In this document: positions 1 through 12,600 of the stretch, piece by piece
Numbering within the stretch: position 1 is the first letter of the stretch
Layout: every line of letters begins with the position of its first letter
Assembly: GCA_976551045.1 (NCBI GenBank)
Contig: CDPCPM010000074.1
Span: forward strand, 7,688,001-7,752,000
DNA length: 64,000 nt
Direction: 5' to 3'
Origin: Glaucostegus cemiculus
Lineage: Eukaryota
The notes under the pieces: generated by a model
The model's database searches: none
The model's input: the letters and a program-made list of their open reading frames with translations, nothing else
Told to the model about the DNA's origin: nothing
Position numbers and translations under genes: made by a program

Positions 1-1234
1 ATCTAATTGATCATCTATTGGATGTTAAGGTTCCAGTACAAGTACTAATAGATTGCCCAGAAAGCAAAAAAAAACACACTATGGGGGCAAACCCTACAAA
101 CTAGTCTGTTAAGTCTTCTTATATAGTTGTCCTGAAAGTCACTATTAAGCATTGTAGACATTAGAATGATAAAACCACATGCACTGTTAGTGCCAATCTT
201 ATTCATATTTATTTATTTATGATGTAATATTATTTATGATTTAATATTGTCAGAGATTTAAATGAAAGATAACAACACTTGGATGACTAAAACAGTATTG
301 AGCCTTTGTTTAAGTTGATTTTACTAATGGAAATTGAATGGAAACCCTAATTTTATAAGGCAAACAACTGGGGACAATGGGCATTGAAATGTGACAAATG
401 CAACACAGCTGAAAAAAGCCTTGAAAAACAGCATTGCCTTTTACACAACCCCAGCTTATCTACCAGGAAGGTTATTACAGGAAGCCTTTTTTGATTTCCA
501 GAAATGTTCCCAGAATTGATACTTTTTTTCAGTACTATATCGCTCTACATGTCCAATAGGCCAGTTCGAATTGATAGATCTAATGGGACGACTATATAAT
601 CTTACATAACACTGATAATATCACTGACGTATCTGTGTAATTTGTATCAGAAAAAGGACTGTAATCACTGAAGTCAGGCAAATAACTGAGGAATAAAACT
701 TGTTTTGTCCAATATTTGTATAATACAAAGACTCATTCTTTAACCAAATTACTGCAACATAGCCAATTGAGTTTAAAGTGCATCATGAATTTGACAAAAT
801 TGCACTTTGTACTTCCACACCACCATTCCCTAATTAACAGAGAGTCATTTAAAAATATAATCACGTCACAAAAAGGTTAAAACGCAACCCAACTACACTT
901 TTCTTGGACTTCGCTGCATAATTCCAACTGTTTTTGAAGCAAAAGTCTAATCATTACCAAACAAAGTGCACTTATTTACTGTTGCTAAATATTAATTAAA
1001 CTTGTGACAAAACAATACCTGTTCAGAGGGAGGATATCCTACTTTACTTGCACTCTGCGAAATGCTGGATTCCTTTTACTGCACTATCTGTGAGACTGAA
1101 ACAACTTATTCCATACGTTGCTGCTTTAAGGCTATGGAATTTGGAGTTCTGCATGTTCATAAGCCCAATACTTCTTTTGCATCCCTAAATTTTTCAGAAT
1201 CTGCATGTCAGATATAGCTTCTGCACATCAACAC

Positions 1235-1400
1235 AAGAACTTAAGAACACAGGAAATAGAAGCCTGCCTCTTTTGCCTGCTGCACCATTCAATAAAATCA
1301 CAACTGATATTTTATCTCAGCACCATTTTCCTTCACTAATCCCATATCTTTTGTTTCCCCAAATAACTGAAAATCTACTAGTTCCTGTGTTGAATATAAT
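1235..1400 (-). mobile_element. Degenerate CR1-type LINE 3' tail remnant
   Basis: aagaacttaagaac...cctgctgcaccattcaataa...atcccatatc resembles the reverse-complemented CR1 3' UTR seen intact at 20349 and 20711. Confidence 0.4.
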
Positions 1401-1989
1401 AATGGGAGTGAAATACCACAAAATATCACCACAGGGAATTTGGAAAGCTAAGCAGTTGGATTTTCACCGCATTTATGTGTCAAATGGCAAATTACAGTGG
1501 TAATGAATTGCAAAGTCTCATTGATCCCCAGAGTATAGTCATATTCCAGTAATGATGTATTATGCTTTATGTACATTTGTGGACCTCTGCTTTTTGTTTT
1601 TGCTTGTCAATTTTAAAGTTAAAAGACAAAAGAAGAAAGAGAGCCCTTCAGCATCATAGATGTCAAATCTTCATTCAAAAATCAATTCTTCCGTAAGAAA
1701 CTCACAAGCGGAGACTTCAGCTTTGAATATGAACTAAGTGAGAATTCTGGTCCCATGTCCCAGTGCAACATTGTCACAAGTTAGGCCACACTGCAACTTG
1801 ACCTGCTGCACCCCCTACTGACTGATGCTTGGAGCAATACCACCCTTAGTAATCATGGAGGAGTCCACAAACATTCTCTTAAAGACTGTGGACACTCAAA
1901 TCATCCAGAGATGGACTGAGGAGAGAGCCAAACAATTAAGTCAGTTAAGATCAAAACCTTAACAGATCTGAATCTATCTCACAGCCAAC

Positions 1990-2568
1990 ACGATGAAGTT
2001 GTACAGGACACTGGTGAGGCCGCACTAGGAATATTATGTTCAGTTTTGGTTGCCCTGCTACAGGAAAGAAGTTATCAAACTGGAAAGAGTGCAGAAAAGA
2101 TTTACAAGCATGTTGCCAGCACTTGAGGGACTGAGTATAGGGAGAGGTTGGACAGCTCGGACTTTATTCCTTGGTGTGTAGGAGACTGAGAGGTGACCTT
2201 ATAGAGGTGTATAAAATCATGTGAGGCATAGATAGGGTGAACGCACTCAGTATTTTTCCCAGGGTTAGGAAAGCAAGAATTAGAGGGCATATGCTTAATG
2301 TGAGAGGGGAAAGATTTAACAAGAACTTGAGGGTCAACTTTCTTACACAAAAGGTGGTATCTATGTACAAAAAGTTGCCAGGGGAAGTTGTTAGACAGGT
2401 ACAATAACAACATTTAAAAGAGAGTTGGGCAGGTACATGAATCAGAAAGGCTTAGAAGGTTATGGGCCAAACACTGGCAAATGGGACTAGCTTGGATGGG
2501 GCATCTTGGTCAGCATGGACCAGTTGGGCTGAAGGGCCTGTTTCCGTGATGTATAACTCTATGACTCT
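1990..2568 (+). mobile_element. CR1 LINE, 5'-truncated 3' fragment (ORF2 C-terminus + 3' UTR)
   Basis: Reads LYRTLVRPH.EYYVQFW.P, ERVQKRFT, LRGDLIEVYKIM; ends gggctgaagggcctgttt...ataactctatgactct microsatellite tail. Confidence 0.9.
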
Positions 2569-2602
2569 GTGACACAAGCAACATTTCTCTAGCTTAAATA
2601 AA

Positions 2603-2965
2603 CATACCATGAGAAATACGAGCAGGAGTATGCCATTCAAGTCCTTGAACCTGCTCTGCCATTCAGTAAGATCATGGCTGACCTGATTTGATCTTTGGCC
2701 TAAACTCAACTTTCCTGCACAATTCCACAAAGTCATAAAATCTCTCTTAAAATAGTGACTCAGCATCCACCAGTCCCCTGGGGGAGAGAACATCAAAGAA
2801 TCACAACCCTTGGAAAGGAAATTCCTCCTCAACTCAGTCTTCAGTGGATAATCCCTTTTCCAGAGATTAAGTCCACTAATTCTACACTCCCCACTAGGGA
2901 AAATGTCCTCAAAGCAATTTCTCTGTTGAAGTCCCTCTGAATCTTGGATTATTTAATTAGATTTC
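2603..2965 (-). mobile_element. CR1 LINE 3' remnant
   Basis: gagcaggagtatgccattcaagtccttgaacctgctctgccattcagtaagatcatggctga is the CR1 3' UTR; minus-strand ORF begins MRRNFLS (CR1 C-terminal motif). Confidence 0.7.
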
Positions 2966-3033
2966 CTTTGAAGGAGTTGGGGAGATCATACAGCTGTCTT
3001 TTCTCTGTGTACATAACAAAGGGTAAGTTCAAA

Positions 3034-3433
3034 ATTTTTTATATTTCAAATATAAACTTTATTCATAATAAAAAAATATATACAAGTACAAATAAAAAAA
3101 CATAGTACATGGCTCTTTACATTGGTAGTGTTCAGTCTATAGATTCGGTGCTGCTGGTTCTATGCAACAGTAGTGTTAGCACATTTCTATGTACATAACA
3201 CCATTGGTGCTCATGTGGTCTCTGGGGCGATACAAACTTCAGTTGTTTGAGGGGTTTCCGCACCACATCTAGCCCATCAATGTCCAGTGCCTGAAGAACC
3301 TTAGGCTGCAGTCCTTCCCCACAAAGCCTTTGCACCAGGCTTCAGTGCGTTCCTCAGTACATACTCCTGCAGCCTGGAAAGTGCCAGTCGACAGCAATCA
3401 CTTACAGACATCTCATTGTACTGGAAGACCAAC
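3034..3433 (-). mobile_element. Tx1/L1-clade LINE, 5'-truncated (ORF2 C-terminus, 3' UTR, poly-A)
   Basis: Minus strand reads LLVFQYNEMSVSDCCRLALSRLQEYVLRNALK, typical of the Tx1 ORF2 C-terminus; AATAAA and A-tail at ~3035-3064. Confidence 0.8.
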
Positions 3434-3447
3434 AAGGATAAGTTTAA

Positions 3448-3660
3448 TTTTTTTTAAATTCTAACATAAACTTTATTCATCATAAAAATCAAACTATATA
3501 CAACAATTAAACTGTGCATTTACATTTGTGTACGGATCAATCATTAGTGTTACCTTTTCATATAAATTCAGATTAATTTGCAATGAAGTAGATGCATATT
3601 TTAATGTAGAACATTTGTGCCCAGACCTTTCCACTCTGCACCCCAAGTGTAGCCCTTTAT
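3448..3660 (-). mobile_element. Second Tx1-like 3' UTR/poly-A tail
   Basis: tttttttt...ataaactttattcatcataaaaa...tatatacaa closely parallels the tail at 3035-3085. Confidence 0.5.
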
Positions 3661-4599
3661 ATTGAGGGTGAGAGTGATGCTGGTAAAGTCACATTACAGC
3701 TCATCACTAGTTGCCGTGAGAAATTGTGTGTTTGTCTTCTTCTTGAATTAGTACAATCCCAACTGTAAATATATTCTTCTAATTTCACTTTAAGATTATG
3801 CAGACAATCAGGATAACATTGTACAGCAGGATTCAACTCATCATGACACCGAAAGGAAGGATACAACACAGCACACTAGTTCACAGAGAGAATTTTCAGT
3901 CGTAGATCCCCATTGTACGAAGGTTTTAATTGGTTCTTAGTACAAGGAAAAAGGTCTCGAAGAAAAATCAACAGTAGCTACCCCCATTGAACTAATTACA
4001 AAATAAACCTAGATTAAAGGTGTTGAAGTTGGCAAACTTGAAAGGAAACTATAAAAACAAATTTGAAAGCTTGGGTATTCAAATCATTGATAGAAGTTTG
4101 CAATTAAAGGACTTGACCTTTTGTCTTTGAATGCTGAATATAATGAAATGGTCTAATAAAGAAATAGTCTGATTATTTTGAAGAACAAAAGATAATTGCA
4201 AATATGAATTAAGGAATCTTAATAGCTCTTTGTACAAAATATGGAATGGGCTGTAGGATATGAGCTTCATTCAGTGGAACTTTTGTATTCCCTACAATAG
4301 ATTTTCATGCTGCAGATAAACCCTTCCTGCAGACTTCAACCATAATGTTGACAAGAGTGACAGGAAAGGCTGGACCCAGAATTGGCAAACTCTAGTTTAA
4401 CACAACAGATTCTGGTTGCTTTGGCTGTTGAATGTAGCTACTGAGAACTCTAAGAAAAACACAGTAAAGAAAAGGATGGAGATTCTGGACACCCAAAATT
4501 TGTTGTGTTTCCAGTTTTAAAGAGAAACAGTGTTGGTTGTACCTGAGCACCAGCAAATCCCATATAAAAGGGAGCAATTAGTGGCACATCTCAGCTGCA

Positions 4600-4977
4600 T
4601 TACAAGATCCTGCGGGGGCATGACGGAGTAGATGTTGAGATGTTTCCACTCATGGGGAAATCTTGAAAAAAAGGACAAAGTTACAAGATTAGAGGTGGTC
4701 ATTTCAAACTATGGTTCGTCGGAAATTCTTGTCACAGAGGGTGGCAAGTCTTTGGAATTCTCTACCCCAGAGGGCAGTTGAGTCTGGATCATCAGGTGTA
4801 CTTAAAGTGGAAATGGGTGAATTTTTGAAAGATCAGGGAACTGAGGGTTATCGAGAACTCTTACAAAAGAAGAGGGGAGGACTGTAGCAGGTCAGCAGTC
4901 ATCATATTGAATGGCAGGACAGGCCTGAAGGGCTGAATGGCCCACTCCTGCTCCTATTTTCCTTTGTTCTTATGTTA
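4600..4977 (+). mobile_element. CR1 LINE 3' fragment
   Basis: gatgtttccactcatgggg...aaattcttgtcacagagggtgg...tggaattctctaccccagagggcag; ends gggctgaatggcccactcctgctcct...gttcttatgtt. Confidence 0.8.
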
Positions 4978-5489
4978 TTTCCAGGGCCATGAGGAAACTA
5001 GTTGAGGAACTCACAATGTGGAGAACCATTTTCAACTTCATGACATGTAGCCCTCTAGATTCCTTAAGGGATTATTTGCGTCAAAGGACAATAACCCAGT
5101 GAGCTTTTGCAAGATCCTGAGCAAGAGAATCAAAGTTCTGGCTTTTCAGGGAAGGACTAGCAATCAGCCTTTAATTTCAATGTGTAGACAGCCTATTTCT
5201 GACCTGGAGGCTTGTTTATTTTTTGACAATACCAATGTGATGGGCAACACACTTTAACTTGTAAAGAGTCGGTGCTTCTTGTCATCCACAATGGAAACTC
5301 CTGATGAACAGATTCAGCACCGTTCATCTACGTGGCCACCATGTCTAATGTATATAAACAATGGCTTCACACTTTCATTTTCATATTGAAATGGGAGCTT
5401 AAAGATTTACTATGGCTTTTCCTTGTTTTTGCTCATTTCAGCTGGTTATAAATGTTTCTTTCTCATGGGTTTTGGTTGTCACTGCCAGT

Positions 5490-5775
5490 ATTCACTGCCC
5501 ATGCATTGAATGGGTTCCTGAACCATTTCAAGCACATTATTTGGACCTGAAGTCACACATAATCCAGAATAGGTCAGAACAGATTTCTTTTCTAAAGAAG
5601 AACCAGATGGGATTTTACAAAATTTGAGTTGCTTCAATTTTGCTACTACTGACAATAGAATGTTAATTTCTGTTTAAATTAACAAATTGATTTAAAACTT
5701 CCTAGTTCCCATGATAGATTTGAACTCTTATCACCCAATCATTCATTCAAAAACTCAGCCACTATGCTACTGCCA
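5490..5775 (-). mobile_element. Old SINE (here called family S2; related copies at 26150, 46440, 62110)
   Basis: Reverse complement has B-box-like gagttcaaatc and cccatctggttc...aaatctg...gtgtgacttcag, shared with the copy at 62110-62390. Confidence 0.55.
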
Positions 5776-6049
5776 CCCAGGCATGTGGTAATCTTATTTT
5801 CAGACCATTTTAATATGTTCCTCTCTGAGGCAGCAGAAATTTTAGCATAGCTTGCTAAGTTGCTTGATTTTCAATCATATTTCCAGACCCAGTATGACTT
5901 CAACACACTATCAAAATTAGTGCGATGATGACATTATTAAATGGTTTGAATGATGGGATATGAGTTCACCTCAACGTAGGCAATAAACCTTTCTGCTGGA
6001 ATGTTCACAGAGCATAAGATTGTTTGACATTTGTTGCTGAAATCGAATC

Positions 6050-6210
6050 ATTCAGTCATAGAGCCAAACGGCACACTGACCATCACACCATTCATTTATA
6101 ATAATCTTACAATAATCCCGTTTTATTCTTTCCACATACAAACTCAGCACAGACAGCACTGGAGATCAGGATTGAACTGGGTTGCTTGAGCTGCAAGACT
6201 GTGCCACTCC
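6050..6210 (-). mobile_element. Internally deleted HE1/V-SINE
   Basis: ccacatacaaactcagcacagacagcactggagatcaggattgaactgggt is the reverse of the tRNA-derived head/V-domain. Confidence 0.55.
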
Positions 6211-8929
6211 CAAAGTGTTGGTTCTGACAGAAATGAAACATTTGCAATTATCCCATTATTCATGTTCTCAGCACAAATTTCTGGTTGGTTTTAAAGGAAC
6301 ACCTCATATCAACTAAGAGCCAATCAAGGCACGAGCTGGAGGTGGATCTGACTGAAATGAGAAAGGGACTATCCCATTCAAATAACCTTTAATTTTAAAA
6401 GTGCAGTTTAGTCATAATTGAAATAACTTTAGTTCTGCTACCCAGGTTCTCAATCCTCTTTCTGCATTTGCACCTTCTCAAATGACTCATGTTAGTAGCT
6501 TTTTTCTTTGATATAGCTAACTCTATAAACCATAAATGACAGAGAATTGAGACAGAGAATATGGAGGAAGAGGGGAAAGAATTCTGTTGAGTGACTTTAC
6601 TTGGCCTTAGTTGAGCAGCAGTGTGCATGGAGCTGTGTATCTCTATAGCTGCACTCTGTACATGTACCACATGCTGAATAATAATCTTAAACATTTATCT
6701 TCCACTGCAATCAAAATGAATGTTTAATCTAATTTAGAAACTACAAGCTCCTTTTAATTCCCTAAAGAGAACTCTCTTCATTGCAAATATAGTTAGTTCA
6801 GTTATTATTAAATTAATTTGGAAATATACACCTACTGAGGAAATAAATCAATACTTTCTTTCCAAGGTCAGAAATGGCACCAGTTTCAATCAGGTGCTCT
6901 TAAATGATTGGTAGGTAATTATAGACATGAAATGGTGAACTGCTCACTTGTCAAATTCAAAGGCCAAGATATATCTCCATAATCTACATCAAAAATAAAA
7001 GGTAACACTCCCATGTTACACATATTTTATCTGATGTCAACCATCGAGCATGAGATCTTACAACTCACAACTAACTTTTCTGACTTTAGTCACAATTCTT
7101 TTAATGTCAGAGTGTTTGATCAAAATGATAAAAGACTGGATGATGTGGTTATGAAAACTTGTATTTGTTAACCAGCATCAAGGAAAAGGCCAATCAGGCA
7201 AGGTGGAAAAAAAGAATGAGCAAATGGACACTTTCATAGTTTGCAGTACTGCAAAGACGTCTTACATTATACATTATTAATGTTTCATAATATAGTGCAG
7301 GGCTTTATAGGCTACATGAATCAAAGGCGACTGAAGAAATCCTTGATAAATAGCACTCGCAGAAAGGAACTGCAAAAATGTCAGCACAAGGAATCCCAAC
7401 TTAAAAGCCATGGAAAAATACAACCCCCTTCATGTTTAAGGTACCAGTGCTAAAGAAACAATGTGATTGTGTGAAATTCAAAACTGATGATGAACAGCAG
7501 AAGCTTAGCAAATATAGGAAGAAAATGCTACATCTTGTTGCTAATTCTAAAGTCTTTCGTTGACACAAACACTAGTATGCACCAGAATCAAATTAGAATC
7601 ATAAGTTAGAATCAGAGAAATACAAAATGCATCCAAATACTTCCATTAATTAAACTACAAGGTATGATGATGGTTAGTGTTAACTTCTTAATTAGGATTG
7701 ATTTTAAAAAATGCTTAACGTTATACTTTTTATTTACAGTTGTCATTGTACATTGCTTTCTGTACATTGGGTAAAATCAATGAAAATTTTAATGAGGGTG
7801 AGGTGTTATCAATCTGTTGCCCACCAGATTAACTCTAAGAGTGGAGAATTAAGAATGTTACCAACCTCTCAGCATCATGCATTGACCTGACATCCTTGCG
7901 GATGATGTTGCAGTCTGTTCCTTGTCTGCGCTTCCATGTTGATATTGTAGAAATGTAGGCGATAGGTTTAAGATCGCGAGTTTTTATTCACTGGCCTTCT
8001 GGTGTTGCACAGAGAAATAATCCTCCTATAAATGCCAAACATGCAGGTCTATTTGGGACATCTGTGGACCAGTTACTTTCAAGGGCTATCAGCAGGAAAT
8101 GATCCGTATGAATTGCTTGGTTATACATTAAGTCTTACAGGTTTTCAAAAGTTGGTAAAGATTAGGTAGACCTGGGTAGACCAATAGTCCTGCAAAACAG
8201 GGATGTTATGACTGTTGAGCCTGAACGTGATCTTAGCTCAGTTGCCCAATACCTTACACACAGCACATGACGTTGGGAGAGGAAGAGATATGGAAAAGTG
8301 TGCAAGGAGCCCAAAATATTCAGTTCTGCACTAGTGCCTCCTGATGAAATAGAAACCTTTAAACTAGCTTTCCTACTGAGCAGAGAAAAGGAGCGGTAAC
8401 AAGGTAATGCTGCAGAATTGCTTTATTTAACAAACTTCTTTAGAAGTCCCATTGCAGGCAGCCTTGCAAGAAGTATGGGCCACTCAGGAGCTGAGGAACA
8501 TTCTGGGTGCATGCAGCTAAAATGACAAATTTGTGCTGTGGACCTAGTTGCACACGAGAAAATATGTCACCTGGCATCAGAAAGGTTGCTACCGTAAATG
8601 TGCCAAGTGCATTTCTGCCAGGGTGCCTAATAGTAAATCTTATCAGCCCTTCACTGTAAACTTAGTAGACCATCACAGAGGAAGAATACACAGGGATCTT
8701 GCATTCATTCAAGTACTTCCCAAATATTTAGTCTGGTCCATACTTTAGAAGGTTCCTTTGCCACATCAATGTATACAACAGTGAGAACTATTATAATCTA
8801 GCTCTTGTTCAAGACAGAATTAATAGTCCTTTTAGTCTCAAAGAATTTAGATCAAAGGTAGAAAATTAAATTTGTGATGTAGATTAGTCATGTTTTGCAA
8901 ACCTCTCCAATTCCTCCAATGTTCTCCAA

Positions 8930-9200
8930 TTTTCTTGTAATGCCTTGCACAGTCAACCAAATTATCCTTCTCCAATATCTTGCAACCATTGCCCTGCCAA
9001 ATGGGACTGGTCTTAATTGGTTTGGCTCTGACCTGTCCAAGCATATCCAGAAAGTTAGCCAAGATATCTTTGCTATAATTTCCTTGCAGAAACCTCACAT
9101 CTAACACCTAGGTGGAGAAGGATTTGGCACAGTTTATTTTCAAAATCAGTTGAATATCTTTACCTGTAATCTAGAGAACTAACTGCAAAATGGTTTTGAA
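8930..9200 (+). mobile_element. Ancient L2 LINE RT remnant
   Basis: Translation TVNQIILLQYL...GTGLNWFGSDLS resembles the L2 motif TVDHxILLxRL...GTxLxWFxSYLS. Confidence 0.45.
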
Positions 9201-9211
9201 GTATTCATTTA

Positions 9212-10000
9212 AGAGTCATAGATTCATACACTACAGAGAATGGTTCTTCAGTCCACTATGTCCATGCCAATCATCAAGTAGCCATCTCCACTTATCCTAC
9301 TTTCCAGCACTCACTCGGTAGGCTTCAAGGCCTTGGCAATTCAAGTGTTTGTCCAGATATCTATTTAATGTTGTGAAAGTCTCTATCTCTACCCCTTCAG
9401 GCAATGCATTCCAGATTCCAGCCAAAAATGTCTTCTTCAGATCATCTTTAAACCTCCTACCCCTTACTCTAACCCTATGGTTCTGGTGCTTCTGCTATGG
9501 GAAAAGTATTTTTTGTACTAAAGATCCCTTTTGTACTAAAGATCCCAGGGTTATGCAGGGTTCCTGTGAACTGTAACCTGAATGGTTGGCATGTCGGAAA
9601 TGCGGCTGACCCGCAATAGGATTAAATAAGCACCAAGCGTGTTCAATTCAACCATTCAGATTTCTCTGCAAGATACAAAGATATTGCCATGAACTATGTT
9701 CCCACCCGACAGAAGATACCTGCAGCCATGCAGCAGCTGACAACTCCATTCCACCCGTCTCCCAAATGCTTGTTCATACGTATGGGCTGTCCATAAGTCA
9801 GGCGTTTACAACTTGGGGACAACCTGTACCTACCCCATCTATACATCTCATAATTTTGTATACTCTTATCAGGTCCTCCTCCTCAGCTTCTTTTGCTCCA
9901 AACAAACACACTCTCTAGTGCAATCACATCCTTCCTGTAATGTGGTGACTATAACTGCACACAATACTCCAGATCTAGCCTAACCAATGTTTCATGAAGG
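9212..10000 (-). mobile_element. CR1 LINE 3' fragment, interrupted by a DNA-transposon remnant
   Basis: Tail gagtcatagattcatac; ggcaatgcattccagatt; after the insert, cacatccttcctgtaatgtggtgactataactgcacacaatactcc (reverse of EYCVQ.WSPHYRKDV). Confidence 0.75.
9534..9828. mobile_element. Tc1/mariner (Tigger/pogo-like) non-autonomous DNA transposon remnant
   Basis: Right end cataagtcaggcgtttacaacttggggacaacctg+TA matches a Tigger-type TIR; left end is degenerate (tactaaagatcccagggttatg); interrupts the CR1. Confidence 0.5.
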
Positions 10001-10329
10001 TGACCCTTTTGTTTGTTAAGAGCAGGAAGATTGTGGCAATTCCCAGTTCTACTATAATTCAACATTGTTGGCCAATGAGGTTTACTGTCACTGTGTTAGA
10101 ACAGTTCATTGTAGCCAGGAATAATGAAGAAAAACCCAGCATAGATTTTCTCTAAAAATATAAACCAAAGGGTGTAACAGTGTAATATTTTTCCTATTTA
10201 ATGCTGTTTGAGGTGTGGTTTATAATTTTTGGCATAATATCCTTTCTTGCTAGTTAATGATCCTGACAGTATAGTGCCAGCTAGCAATTTTCAATGTTGT
10301 TTTTAATAGGTCAATTAGTAGTTTGACCA

Positions 10330-10730
10330 TCTTGGCTCAGTGGTTGCATGCTCCCTCTGTGTTGAAAGGCGGCGGCTTCTGCCTCATTCTATGGCTCCAT
10401 GTGTGTAATCATGGTTACACATTGTTATTCTGTGGAGGGGTTACTGCACTGTTGGTTGTTTGTTGGTTGAGATATTATACTGAGGCTCTTCTTCTCAAAA
10501 GTAAGGGGGAACACTATTTAATATTTATCATACGTCAACACCACTAGAGAAAGGTTATCTGATCATTTCCCTCCTGGTTGTTTGTGAAGGCTTGCTTTGT
10601 TCAAAATGCTGTGGTATTTTCCTACATAACAGCAATGAATGCACATCAAAAATAATCCATTAACTGTGAACCACTATGGGACATCCTGAGGATATGGAAA
10701 GTGCAACACAAAAAAAAAGTCTTTCTACAT
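10330..10730 (+). mobile_element. Deu-domain SINE (SacSINE1/AmnSINE1-like), degenerate
   Basis: ttatctgatcattt...tgtttgtgaaggcttgct...ttcctacataacagcaatga...gggacatcctgagg...gaaagtgc...aagtctttct. Confidence 0.6.
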
Positions 10731-11179
10731 AATAATCATTTTACTCCATGGACACCTTAGTGTAATTTGTCTTTCTCTGTTTATGACTAAGATATCACTG
10801 TTTAGATCCAACAGATGCAGATAATTTATATTCTGTGCTTTCATTATTTCCCTAACCTTTTTGGGTCTCAGTTATCATTGTTATTTTCCAATGTCGGAAC
10901 TGACTTCCAATAAACTAGATATCCTTAGCTCTCGGGATAGGACTAGTGGTTCTGGACTGAAGCCTCATTAACTGTTCTCGCGTGGTTACAGTCTGCATTT
11001 GAGTATTTTTCCTCACCACTAAGAGCTGTTTCCCTTCAAGACAAACAATAAGTGCCAGCTGTTCAAGTGAGTTGCTTTCAGACCCAGAACAAATGCCTTT
11101 TGTTCTTTCTTGCTTCAAGCTGGGGTCATTACCAGCCATTGACCATCAGTCAGGTTTAAAAGAAAATGCAGCAATTTTT

Positions 11180-11764
11180 AAATTCATTTTCAGGACCTGG
11201 GCAGTACCAGGAAGGGCAGCATTTATTGCTCATCCCTAATTGCCCTTGAGATGGTGGCTGTCCTCCTGGTTTTTGCACAGGGAACTTGAGGATTTAAATG
11301 CAGATGATACATTTCCAAATCAGGATGGTGTGTAATAAAGTGGCGGTGTCCCCAAGCACCTGCTGCCCTTGTTCTTCCTGATGGCTCAGATCACAGGTTT
11401 GGGAAATGCTGTCTGAGTAGCTTTGGTGAGTAGATGGTACACACTGCAGTCATTCTGTGATGATGGTGCAGGGAAGTTGATAGGGTATCATTCAAGTGGG
11501 CTACTTTGTTGTGGATGGTGTTGAGCTTCTCGCGATTGATGATGGATTCATCCAGGTAGGTGGAGAGTATTCCATCATGCTTTTGACGTGCCTTGCAGAT
11601 AGCCTGAGGTGTCAGGAGGGGAGTCATCAAACGTTTGACCTGCTCCTATTGCTACAATTTTTATGTGGTCTAGTTGAGTTTATGGTCAATTGAGTTTCTG
11701 GTTACTGCCATGCCTCCGCTCCTAAGCTATTGACGGTTGGGGTTTACGCAGTGGTAACACCATT
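11180..11764 (-). mobile_element. CR1-group LINE 'X', 3' part (continues at 14174)
   Basis: 3' UTR gcatttattgctcatccctaattgcccttgag; sequence joins colinearly to 14174 (gtggtaacaccatt|gaatgtgaaggg). Confidence 0.7.
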
Positions 11765-12464
11765 GTTCTGGCTGAGGTAAACTGGGATGAAAAGTTGACA
11801 GGAAGAACTGTAGCAGAATAATGGCTGCCTGTAAGGAAGGTTCAAGTCCAGCGGAGGCACAGCTTATGAGAGCAAATGAAGAGCTAACAAATCCAGAGCT
11901 CCATGGATAATGTAAGAGATACAAAGGAAGCTAACGAAGGTCAAACAAAAAAGGCAGCTTATGACAACTGTGGAGTTGTTAAGTACCAGCAAGAACCAAG
12001 CTGATTACAGTGGAAGTGAAGACTGAAATAAGAGACTCAAAGGAAATGTATGAGAAACGATTAGCTGCCAACATAAATTGTAATAATAGGCACATAAATA
12101 TTTTTAAAAAGTACATGAAGAAGTGGGGCCTATTTAAGAACAAAAATAGGAACTTTCACATGGATACTGAGGCATTGTGTTAAGATACTGAATGAGTATT
12201 TTGCATCTACCTTCACTGGGAAGAGGGTGCTTTAAAACTAATAGTTTTAGTTTTAGTTGATAGTTGAGACATTAGACATGTTAAAAACTGATAATGTGAT
12301 AACACGGAATTTGGCTGAACTTAAAGTGGGTAAATCACTACAACCAGATGAGATGCATCCTTAGATTTTGAGCGAAGTATGGGAGGAAACCACAGAAGGT
12401 CAGTGCATCATTTTTCCATTCGCCTTGGAAATGGGGGTGGTGCCAGAGGACTGGACTATGGCTG

Positions 12465-12600
12465 AAAATCAAAATGTGCAGATGCTGGAAATCTGAAATA
12501 AAAATGGAAAATGCTGGAAACACTCAGCAGGTCAGGCCGCATCTGTGGAGAGAAGAACATGGTTAACATTTTAGGTTGAGGACCATTCATCAGGATTGGG
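12465..12600 (-). mobile_element. Short Penelope-pLTR-derived element with degenerate hammerhead core
   Basis: gcagatgctggaaatctgaaataaaa...ctcagcaggtcagg.gcatctgtggag; minus strand reads CTGATGA-atggtcctcaacct-AAAAtgtt. Confidence 0.7.

Noticed and set aside
340-1790. Possible short exons (+360-490 ANNWGQWALKCDKC...; -1020-1187 GCKRSIGLMNMQ...; +1625-1785 REPFSIIDVKSSF...)
   Set aside because: Open for only ~45-55 codons, with weak or inconsistent splice signals and no recognisable protein; compatible with chance.
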